13,354 nucleotides of DNA. Origin: Trichoplax adhaerens. Lineage: Eukaryota; Animalia; Placozoa. Below the pieces are notes generated by a model. It made no database searches and was not told the origin of the DNA. It saw nothing but the letters and a program-made list of their open reading frames with translations. Location of the stretch: positions 1 through 13,354 of the forward strand of contig NW_002061023.1 in the NCBI RefSeq assembly GCF_000150275.1, written 5' to 3'. Shown piece by piece: positions 1-10,473 of the stretch; position 1 is the first letter of the stretch; the number at the start of each line of letters is the position of its first letter. Both the position numbers and the translations under genes were made by a program.

Positions 1-204
1 TCTTTAGCCGATTGATATTAAAGGTTATTACTCTAAATGTTGTATCACTGCTACTATGACCTTGCAATATAGAATGAAACATGTACAACCTTTAAGATCG
101 AGTCTTAAAATGGGAATGGAAGAATGCTTAATATTGCTTATGCATTATCTATCTAATAAACAGGAAATGCAGTACCTATTTGGCCGTCAATTGGTTTTAA
201 TTAA

Positions 205-895
205 AATGATTAGCTATTCCTTAATCTCTTGACCAACTATCCCATTTTTGCCAATTTGTAGCTTTGAATTACTAGCATTGCATGATCATGTATGATGATG
301 GATGTTGAAAAGATTAGTTGTTTCTTTCAATTTGTAGTGTTAACCTGGAAATCTTGCTTATTTCATGAATCTCGATGGATATTGAAAAAGACTAGCTATT
401 CTAAAGTCTCTTGGGTAACTGTTCCATTCTCGTCAATTGGTAATGTTAACCTAAACAGCTTGCATAGTTAAAAATCTTGATGGATATTGAAGTGATTAGC
501 AGCTCTCGAATCTCCTGACTAGCTATTCCATTCTCACAATTTTGTAATATTGACTTACTAAGGTTGTATAGTCGTCTATCTTGTAGGATATTGAAAAGAT
601 TAGCTGACTTTTAGTCGGCCCTTCATTCATCAGTTTGTAATATATTTACTAAGGTTGTATAGTCGTCTATCTTGTTGGATATTGAAAAGATTAGCTGTCT
701 TTTAGTCTGCCCTTCATTCATCAGTTTGTAATATATTTACTAAGGTTGTGTAGTCGTCTATCTTGATGGATAATGAAAAGATTAGCTGTTCATTTAGTCT
801 CTTGACTAGCTGTTCTATTCCCGCTAGTTCACATTATTAACCTACAAAGCATACATTGCCATCCATGTGGATGGATACTGCAAAGATTAGTCGCT
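205..895. repeat. Degenerate tandem array A, unit about 77-105 nt, about 8 copies
   Basis: Anchor ggatattgaaaagattagct recurs near 300, 377, 482, 586, 677, 768 and 873. Near-identical 91-nt copies span about 555-797. Confidence 0.9.
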
Positions 896-909
896 TAGGT
901 AAACTTTTT

Positions 910-1500
910 CCTGAATCCAATTATTGGTCAATTTTGCAATATTCACTTACAAAGGCTACTTAGGTAATCATGCATCTTGATTAAACTATTCCATTCGAGT
1001 AGGACTGATACGATGACTGGATATTAGGGAGGTTACGGGTCCTCGCAGGTAATGCAAGCACCTTTTTTATCATAGAAGTGGAGACCTTTATGACTCCAAA
1101 GGACTTATGTAGATCCAACTACCTGTATAATCACGATTTCACATGGCGTTCGCCAACAACTTCTTTAGAGCCTACTTACAGTGCATCATAAGATAATTTG
1201 CTATATATAAAACTGGATTATACATGCTATGAGTATAGATGGTGTTAGGTTACATCAAGTCACTGTCAGAATATAGCAGTACCATTAAAAGTATGTATCA
1301 AGGATAAATCTGCAACATTAATTTGCTGAGAATCCCTCATCGTGTATCCAGATTAACCTTTCTTCAATCCAACTATTTCGTCAATTTTGCAATATTTACT
1401 TACTAAGGCTATATAGGTAGTTTGTGTATTTCGATGAAACTATTCTATTGGAGTAGAATAAAATCTGCAACATTAATTTACTCAAACTGCTTGATCGTAT
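910..1500. repeat. Two-copy tandem duplication of about 154 nt; first copy interrupted by the 1006-1300 insertion
   Basis: gtcaattttgcaatatt at 927 and 1380 (offset 453); aaatctgcaacattaattt at 1306 and 1461 (offset 155). Confidence 0.85.
1006..1300. mobile_element. Solo-LTR-like insertion (295 nt, TG...CA)
   Basis: Termini TGATAC...GTATCA form a perfect 6-bp inverted repeat. Flanks are AGGAC (1001-1005) and AGGAT (1301-1305). The paralogous empty site gagt-AGAAT-aaaatctgc lies at 1451-1468. TATA-like tatatataaaa at 1202-1212 and attaaa at 1284-1289. Confidence 0.7.
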
Positions 1501-2045
1501 AACTAGCCTAGAAGAAGGAATCTTACCCAATAACTACACAGCTCTAGAATATTTGAAAGTCTGATATAAATCGTAATATTAAAAAGTCTTTTAGTATCGT
1601 GTCCAATTTCTTTGCTAGTCTAAAATAAAAAATCTCACTTAATGACTATCAATACAGATGTAGAACCTTCTTATCCACAAGAAGTAAAGCATAAAATAGA
1701 AAAGTCTTTTTTAATATGACAGGTAGGTCCGATTTCTTGGCTAGCCTAGAATGAAAAATTTTACGCAATGACTACCCGTAAAGCTGTAGAATATTTCGAT
1801 ATACTTTACTGCTAACCGTAATGTCGAAAAGTCTTTAAACACCCTATCCAATTTCTTGGCTTCACTAGAGATGAAGAATCTCGCTCGATGATTATCAATG
1901 CAGGTGTAGAACTTTTTCAAGTCAAGATATGCAGTAAATCAAGGTCTGGGAAAGTCTTTTAATAACATGAATATGTTTTAGTTTGTTGGCTTGCCTGAAA
2001 TAAAGAATCTTTATTCAATGACTATCGATATAGCTATGGAATATA
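1500..2045. repeat. Degenerate tandem array B, unit about 120 nt, about 4.5 copies
   Basis: aaagtcttt near 1582, 1700, 1827 and 1950; the skeleton ctagcctagaa...aatct...aatgacta...tgtagaa repeats in each unit. Confidence 0.85.
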
Positions 2046-2190
2046 TTTTGGACGTCCAGACATGATATCGCTACTCGAGTTTTTGAATCAAGGCTTGACA
2101 GCATACTAAATATGAAAGTATCAAGTCCTTTCTTCCCAAATTGCTATTACACTTTTAAATCACGACTTAAAAAGTATACTAAGAAATCGA

Positions 2191-2823
2191 ATATGATGCA
2201 AGCACCCAAGCTCTTTCTATCTTTCCTTACAGACTACTAAATAGGACATTATAAATTGCTATGACAGTTATTTCATCAAACCTTGGAAATATACTAAGCA
2301 AAAAGCAGCAAACTTATTCTTTCTAAGCTGCTAAATAGCATAATAACAGTAAAAGAGATTTCTTGGACTGATTCGAGCCCTAGAAATCTACCCTCCCATC
2401 TTACTTTCATTTTTTGACATTACTATTAGGTAAATGTAAAATAAATTCATACTCTTGGTTGAACTACACAACACTTGTCGTCCTTGTGGCAAAATTGAGA
2501 AATTTATTTTAAACCCAAATAGACTATTTTATGGAAAGGTTGACAACTTTTGCAATCTGATATGATAAAAGTACTTAAGCTCTTTCTATCTTTCCTAATA
2601 AACTACTAAATAAGGCATAGTAAATTGTTAGAACAGTTATTTAATCAAATCAAACCTTGAAAACATACGAAACATCTTACTTTCATTTCTTGACATGATT
2701 TATAAGATGAAGGCAAAATAAAGTAACACTCTTTGCTTAACAGCACAACACTTATCCTCCTTGTGGCAAGATTGAGAAATTTATTTTAAACCTAGATAGA
2801 ACATTTTATGGAAAACTTGACAA
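2191..2823. repeat. Tandem duplication with period about 369 nt; second copy lacks about 95 nt
   Basis: aagctctttctatctttcct at 2208 and 2577; catcttactttcattt and ttgagaaatttattttaaacc occur in both copies; about 2301-2396 is absent from copy 2. Confidence 0.9.
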
Positions 2824-2967
2824 GTTTAATTCAAGCATTAATGTAAAATTGTGCTTGTAATCTATACTCGTATATTGGATAATTTTGTTCAATTCTTCCC
2901 ATCATGTCTTCTGGAGTCGATACTTTTTGCGTCCAACAGCAAGTGAAATTCTTGCTTACATGAGTAT

Positions 2968-3984
2968 TCAAGTATCTGGAGAAGAAACATTTCTTAATCG
3001 CCTACTTTTATTTAATGTAATGTTAACGATAGAACTTTCCAGGACAATTCTTATTATTTTGATTGGATTAATATGACTGGGCCAATAGATAGTCAAGGAA
3101 TAAGAAGGCAAAAATCCTAGGTATTTCAAGAAGAGAAGCATTTTTCAATCGCTTAACTGTGTTTACTGGAATAAAAATGGTAAGGCTATAACCTTCAGCA
3201 ACAGTGGTTGTCATTCGGATTGGATTAATATGTACCGAGCCAATTTATAATTAAGGAATAAGGAGACAAAAATCTCAGTTATTTCAAGAAGAGAAGCATT
3301 TTTTAATCACTTAACTTTATTCACTGGAATAAAAATGGTCAGGCTGTAACCTTCAGCAACAGTAATTGTCATTTTGATCGGGTTAATACAAACTGGGTCA
3401 ATTTATAGTTAAGGAATAAGGAGGCAAAAATCCCAGGTATTTCAAGAAGAGAAACATAACTTTACTTACTGGAATAAAAATAGTAAGGGTAGAACCTTCA
3501 GCAACAGTGATTATCATTTTGATCGGATTAATATGAACTGGGTCAATTTATAAGGAATAAGGAGGTAAAAATCCCAGGTATTTTCGAGAAAAGAAGCATA
3601 GCTTTATTTACTGGAATAAAAATAGTAAGGCTATAACCTTCAGCAACAGCAGTTGTCATTTTGATCGGATTAACACGAACTGGGTCAATTTATAGTTTAG
3701 GAATAAGGAGGCAAAAATCCCAGGTATTTCAAGAAGAGAAACTTAACTTAATTTACTGGAATAAAAATGGTAAGGGTAGAACTTTTAGCAACAGTGATTG
3801 TCATTTTGATCGGATTAATATGGACTGGGTCAATGTATAAGGAATAAGGCGGCAAACATCCCAGGTATTTCAAGAAGAGAAGCATTCTTGAATCACTTAG
3901 CTTTATTTACTGGAACAAAAATAGTAAGGGTAGAACTTTCAGCAACAGAAGTTGTCATTTTGATTAGGTTAATATTGACTAGGT
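2968..3984. repeat. Tandem array C, unit 141-158 nt, about 6.5 well-conserved copies
   Basis: aggaataag anchor near 3095, 3253, 3411, 3552, 3698 and 3839 (spacing 158, 158, 141, 146, 141); shared tactggaataaaaat and cttcagcaacag. Confidence 0.95.
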
Positions 3985-5896
3985 GCGTTGATAGTCTAGG
4001 AGAATTATGGAGATGATATCCTTCGGCATGCGGTATTGAATCATTGCCTTCGTATGAAAAAATGGACTTTTCCGTCGTATGCTTCTTATACAGTCACGCC
4101 ATGGAAAATAATGCATAACTCTTGGATTAATCTGGCCAATTAAATTAATATTTGTATAAATTGATCCTTCATTATCTACTTTAATGAGTTTAAATTGAAT
4201 TCTTCTTTTCTTTGCTGTATGATGGATTTTACTAGGCAAGGAGTGTTAAAAATGGAACTATAGTCGTCTCCAAAGGGAGCAAGGGATGGTTAAAAATGAA
4301 CAGTCAAAGTGGCAATCTTGTTATTGATTTGCCGCTTTATTATTTTGATTGATGGTTGGTACAGTTTGCTTTTTAATTATGGGTATCAAGGGGTAGTAGG
4401 ATCCATTTATTAGTGGGAGTTTTGATGGAAAACAATAAAAAGCATCCGGTAAGAAGAATAGATGTTTTCAACATGGCGCTACAACATGTCAACATTGTAA
4501 GTGGTTAACGATTCATTTTCTAGGTATGGAGAGAATAGAAGCATGCTTGGATTCTGTAGGTATCCAATTTGAATCTGGAAGGACAATGGTAACATAAAAT
4601 GATAAACTAAAATGGTTTGATGCCTATTTAATATCAAGGAAAGAGTACTATCCTAATCCTAATATTATTTTAATGGATAATCTTTCTCCAATGCACTAAA
4701 TCAGAAAGGAGCATAGTTGAAATAAGTGACATATTTTTTTTTTGGGGGGGGGGTTGTAAGTGGTTGCAGTATGGTGTCCAAAGGCCATCGTTTGCAAGGC
4801 TTAGCTTAAAACAATTTAGGATGCTCTTTACCGGCAAGTGGAAATGATTTATTTAATACAATATGATTCAATTTTGACAAGAAATGGAGACCATGAACAA
4901 ATGATTACCTTAAAAGGATTGTTCTTTTATTTGCATAAAGTCTGACTTGGATGTTCAAATAGTTTGATCAATCAAGGTTGGTCATGATTACCTTATTCAT
5001 GAGATGGAATGATATCCAATCTTATTGGACCTTTCTCCATCGCAACATCTGAACAGGCCATGAATCCCCTTTTAAACATGTCTTGGTATACAGGATAACA
5101 AAGAAAAGACGAAAGAAAAGGAACAAGATTGAATTTATTCCATGCCATATTTCATTATCCAGCTATTCTATGCTGTATTCTATCCATTCATATTGGCTGT
5201 TTGAAAGGAAAAAGAAGCGAAAAAAAACAACACTCTATGTTATGTACACAAGTTCATGACGTAGTTTGCATGTCATTAGCTTGATACAATCCGTGTTTTT
5301 CCTGTTGAGCATCTTCTCCATCGTTGTGATTGCCAGTAGTAGGGATAGAATTTCCCTACAGCTTGGTATGATAGCCTACTTGATGATGACTTGAAGATTT
5401 GCGGGGCAGTTTTTCGTATCATGGCGGACTCGAATTGTTTCCCTAACACGTAGGAAAAGATGGCATTGAGCGATCTCAACATACGGTAAGGAATGGATGT
5501 GATGCAAAGGGGGCAAGCACATTCGTTCTTTGTTGAATGATGATCTATCCGCATAATTGGAATAAAATGCTTTCGTTATTATAGCTATAAATAGACGAGA
5601 TAGAAGAGTAGAAAGGATAATGAGTTCGGCTGCTTTCTATCTTTTTGGTATACCATTGGAAATAACATGGCATAGCCATTGTAACCTCGGTGATGGTATG
5701 CAATTTTACCCTTTCAACCGGTAGTTATAGAATCTATTTTAGTCTTATCCTAACCGTTGCTTTGAACCATTCCTATAGTCTAAAAAGAATTATATTTAAA
5801 GAGTAATATAACATGAATCAGTCACTGTTCTACTATAGTGATTTCCGACAAGAATGGAAAGAATTTGTGCTATGCAAGAGTGTTTCAAAGTGGAGG

Positions 5897-5992
5897 GAGA
5901 AAATATCCTTCTTAAATGGAGTTATGATGAGATAAAATCCTTCTTAAATGGAGTTATGCTGAGATAATATCCTTCTTAAGTGGACTTATGAT
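5897..5992. repeat. 32-nt minisatellite, 3 copies
   Basis: gagataaaatccttcttaaatggagttatgat-like units start at 5897, 5929 and 5961. Confidence 0.95.
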
Positions 5993-6760
5993 GGACAAAA
6001 TTTAATCTGGAATGTTGTATTTTACCTTGATTATGATGACAAATTGTTGAGAAAGAGAATGAATCGTGATGGACAAGATTTCATATCCAATGTTGTATCT
6101 TATTTGGGTCATGATAGTAATTATTTAAGAAGTATGAGAATGAGTCGCCATGAAAAGGATTAGCTATCTCATCTTGTATCTTATTTTGATCATAATGACA
6201 AAAGAGTTGAGAAAAAGAATGAGATGTGATGGACCAGATTTCATATCCAATGTTGTATCTCATTTCGGTCAAGATAGTAAATAGTTAAGCAAGAGGATGA
6301 GTCGCCATGAAGAGGATTCGCTATCTCATGTTGCATCTTATTTTAATCATAATAGCAAAGAATTGAGGAAAGAATGAAAGCCGCTATGAACGTGATTTAA
6401 TTTACCATGTCGTATCTCATATTGGTCGTGATGGTAAATTATTAATCCATCATGATCCAAAAAGAATGGTCCGTAAGGAAGAGGATTTGCCATCTCATGT
6501 TGTATCTTATTTTGATCATAATAGCAAAGAGTTGAGAAAAAGAATGAAAAGTCGCCTCGGACATGATTTTAATTTACCATGTTGTATCTCATATTGGTCG
6601 TGATGGTAAATTGTTAATCCATCATGATGCAGAAAGAATGGTCCGTAAGGAAGAGGATTAGCTAACAAATGTTGTGTCTTATTTTGATCATAATAGCAAA
6701 GAGTTGAGAAAAAAATGAGTTGTCATGGACGTGATGATCAATTATAAATCCATCATGATT
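5993..6760. repeat. Tandem array D, about 80-nt monomers in an alternating dimeric arrangement
   Basis: tgttgtatct-like anchor at 6013, 6091, 6172, 6251, 6329, 6408, 6498, 6580 and 6670; alternate monomers resemble each other more than adjacent ones. Confidence 0.9.
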
Positions 6761-6929
6761 CCAATCATGATCTAAAATGGACAAAATAGAATAGAGTCCA
6801 TCTTTGATCACTGTTGCTATTCTCAGTAGGTTGACTCTATATCTCAGATGCTAAAAAATTGAAAGGAAATGGTGCTAGGAAGGATATAACGATGTTGATA
6901 TCCTTCTTAGCTGAGCATAATTTTATAAG

Positions 6930-9900
6930 ATACAGCGCGTGGATTGATTTCCTCTCATCTTGATTGATCTAAGCTTGAAATAATAGGGTTCAATGGAATT
7001 GATTTATCAACAAATCATGCTTGCTATCAAGACATCGATCAAGATACAAGCTATACGATTCTAAATGATCATTTAAATGAATAATAAACTAGCACTATCT
7101 GCTAATGGGTATTTCACGCAACTCACACAAGGAGTAGAAAAAAACTCAAAAATAGATTATAATTAAGCTGATCAACTATCAAGATATGAGCTATATGCCT
7201 ATAATTAATATAATTAATTGATCTCTTGAAATAGTCTGATTCAAGTCAATAACAGGCTAGCAAAAAGGCTAATCGGTATTTCACACCACACTCACAACAG
7301 GTAGAAAAAAATGGAAGATACAAGTAGATTAAGATCACAATCCCTTATCAAAACATTGGATATTTGCTTAAAAATCCATCCATTGCTTGGAATAACTTGA
7401 TTCAACTGAATAATAAACTAGCAATACGAACAAATGGGCATTTCACACAATATTTACAAGAGGTAGCCAAAATTGAAGATACGCATAGATTAAGGTTACA
7501 ATTTCCTTTTAAAATGTTCCATATTTGCACAATAGCTTGATTCAACTGAATAATGGACAAGTAATACTAACGAATAAGTATTTGACATAACATTCGTAAG
7601 GGGTAGAAAAAATTGAAAATACAAATAAATTAAGGTTACAATCCCTATCAAAACATAAGATAGTTGCCTAAAACTTGATTTAACTAAATGATGGACTAGC
7701 AATACTGACGAATGGGTATTTGACACAACATTCGTAAGGGGTAGGAAAATTCCAAATTCAATATCAAGTTGATCGATGTTTCTAAACTGTAGGGAATTGG
7801 AAATTGTAGTCAGTGATTTTGGGGATTCCACTACATCATGGATTGGTAATACTTGCTATCAAGATAGAAGTTATATTCGTATCAATTTATGCGTCCCTAG
7901 AACTATTCTAATGCAACTGAATAACGGACTAGCATAATTTGCTAGCAGACATTTCGTACAACTTGAAATAGTTTAATTCAACTCAATCTTGAACTAGTAC
8001 CATACACCCATGGGTATTTCACCTTGCAATACTTGGAAGAAGTAGAGGAAAAAATTGCAAATAGTTTAAAATTAGATGTTGTCTCTTGAAATAGTTTAAT
8101 TTAACTCAGTCTTGAACTAGTACCTTGCACTTATGGGTATTTCATCTTGCAATACTTGGAAGAAATAGAGGAAAAAATTGCAAATAGTTTAAAATTAGGG
8201 TTATGACCCATCAGGATAGAAGATATTTGCGCATCCAATTGATTTCCTTTTGCCTAGATATCCGTTGAGATACTTTCATTTAACTCAATTATAGACTAGC
8301 CATATTTACTGGCATATCACACAACAGTGAGAAGGAATAGGCGAAAGTTGAAAATATTGATAGACTAAAATTAAGGACACCCTTGCCAGGATATCAAGTC
8401 GAAATAGAAGATATACGGGTATAAATGGATTTCCTCTCATTCATGCTATCCCTTAAAATAGTTGAATATTCTTGAATGATAGACTTGGATTATTAGCGCA
8501 TGAATATTTTGCATGAGGCAGGCAAGAAGAAGGAAACGAATTTTAAAATAGATTGGAGATTGACAAGTATCAATTTATTTTCCTTTTATCTACTCATATG
8601 TTATCCCTTGAACTATTTGAATTTGAACTTCATGATGGACTAGCACTATTGATTCATTGCTACTCTACTCCACACAAGACCGGAAAGGAGATGGAAGGTA
8701 AATTTTAAAGTAGATTTAAAGTAAGGTCGATACACATAAATATATTTTCCTTGTCGTCTACTTATAGGTTATCCCCTTCAACTATTTGAATTTGAACTTC
8801 ATGATAGACTAGTACTATTGATTCATTGCTACTCTACTCCACACAAGCGCGGAAAATAAATTTAAAATAGATTTAAAATAAGATCGACATATATTTTCCT
8901 TGTCATCTACTTGTATGTTATCCCCTTGAAGTATTTGAACTCCATCATAGATTAGCACTATTGATTCATTGCTACTCTACTCCACACAAGACCGGGAAGG
9001 AGAATAAATTTTAAAATAGATTGGAAATAAGATCGACATGTATCCATTTATTTGCCTTGTATGCTATCCCCATGAACGACTTTTAATTTTAACTGTATAA
9101 TAGATTAGCATTATTGACTCTTTGCTCCTGCATTTCATACAAAACTGGGAAGGAGAAAGGAGACGAATTTTAAAATACATTCAAAATAAGGTTATCCTCG
9201 ATCATGATCTAAGATCGACACGTAGACACTTTATTTTCCTTTCATCTTCTCGTAGGTTATCCCCTTCAACTCTTTTCATTCCACTCAATTATAGACTTGC
9301 ACTATTTACAGCGTATAGGCTATTAGCCGAACGATGGACTCATTGCAATTTTGCGCAGATTGGGAAGAAGGAAAACAATTTTAGAAATCGCGTAGGTCGA
9401 AAAGGATGTCATCATCGATTACGATAAATAAGATTGATACTTTCAATTCATTTTCCTCTCTTTAATGTGATCCCCGCTTGAACTATTTCCATATTGCTGA
9501 ATGTTCGATTTACAATATTGACTGTGCATAGACAATTATCCAAACTATTGACTCGTTGCAATTTCACACTAGACTGCGAACAAGAAGGAAAACAATTTTA
9601 AAAATGGATAGAAGAAAGATCGTTCCTAGATCAAGCTATATCATCAGATGGACACGTCTATGTGTCGACTTATTTTCCTCTGATGGATGTTATCCCCTTG
9701 AACGAGTAGAATGCTACTAAGTTAGAGACTGGCATGATAAACTCATTCCTCCATCATACCATACTGNNNNNNNNNNNNNNNNNNNNNNNNNNNNNNNNNN
9801 NNNNNNNNNNNNNNNNTGACGGGTAGAATGCTACTAAATTAGAGACTGGCATTCCTCCATCATACCATACTGGAAAGGAATAGCAAAAATAGTGAAAACA

Positions 9901-10450
9901 AATTAGAAAAGGATAATCATGTATCAAGATGCAAGTTTACGATTATCCATTGATTTTCTCTCTCCAGGATGCTATCGTTGTTGAAGAAGTTGAAATCGAC
10001 TCCATGCAATAAACTAGCTCTATTGACTGCATATGGGCAATTGGCTAAATGATTGCCTCATTGCTATATCATACCAACCATGGGTAGGAATGGGAATGGA
10101 TTGAAAGAATTCTACTGATGTAGGATATCCAGTCAAGATCGATGGGGTAGAAATTGAATTTTCCTCCCCTTCATGTTATCCCTACAACGAGTTGAATTGT
10201 AGCAAATGATCGACTAGCAAGCAGCCTTGGCAGCGTCTAAGCAATATTCTTCACTATTGACTTATTGCTATTTGACACAAGCCTGGCAAGGAGTAGAAAA
10301 ATCAATGATGCAGGATAGTGATCTTGTGTCAAGATACAGTAGAGGAAGCATTGCATTGCTGTCCTACATTCCATCATGCTATCGCTTGGTCTATTTTGAA
10401 TTGACCAACATGAATGAGCCATCTCGCAATAGGAATAGAAAGGATTACCA
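6930..10450. repeat. Long degenerate tandem array E, unit mostly 120-200 nt, about 20 copies
   Basis: Recurring skeleton ttttcct...tatcccttgaa...aact...gactagca...aaaatagatt. actagc-like anchors near 7088, 7256, 7417, 7557, 7695, 7928, 7993, 8116, 8295, 8483, 8639, 8808, 8951, 9104, 9295, 10013 and 10213. Young sub-blocks at 7963-8202 (period 123) and about 8600-9060. Confidence 0.8.
9767..9816. other. Assembly gap (50 N)
   Basis: Run of 50 N with near-duplicate sequence on both sides. Confidence 0.99.
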
Positions 10451-10473
10451 AGGAGATTGAAATTCTGCCCTAT

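Noticed and set aside
8-232. About 75-codon stop-free frame on + after tttag
   Set aside because: No recognisable homology, no good donor site, and it ends inside array A.
1009-1191. About 60-codon open frame inside the insertion, preceded by an in-frame TGA (possible selenocysteine)
   Set aside because: It lies within the LTR-like insert, with no homology and no SECIS evidence.
2856-2960. TGTAA...TTACA ends as a second solo LTR
   Set aside because: Only 105 nt, with no flanking target duplication and no empty site.
2885-3076. RPTASEIL in the plus-strand ORF resembling kinase subdomain XI
   Set aside because: Single short motif with off spacing from the preceding Trp, no other kinase motifs, and the ORF runs into array C.
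2968-3984. Regular repeats as a possible CRISPR array (also 5897-5992 and 10474-10943)
   Set aside because: Units are contiguous with no unique spacers, there are no cas genes, and the context is intron-containing eukaryotic DNA.
3979-4239. 86-aa minus-strand ORF and a shorter plus-strand open frame in the same island
   Set aside because: No ATG at the annotated start, no recognisable domain and no compatible splice partner found.
6013-6700. About 78-81 nt period and the 6081-6272 ORF as a decayed 26-aa leucine-rich repeat gene
   Set aside because: Several monomer lengths (79, 82) are not multiples of 3, stops are frequent and no consistent LxxLxL motif is present. An HMM search on translated units would be needed.
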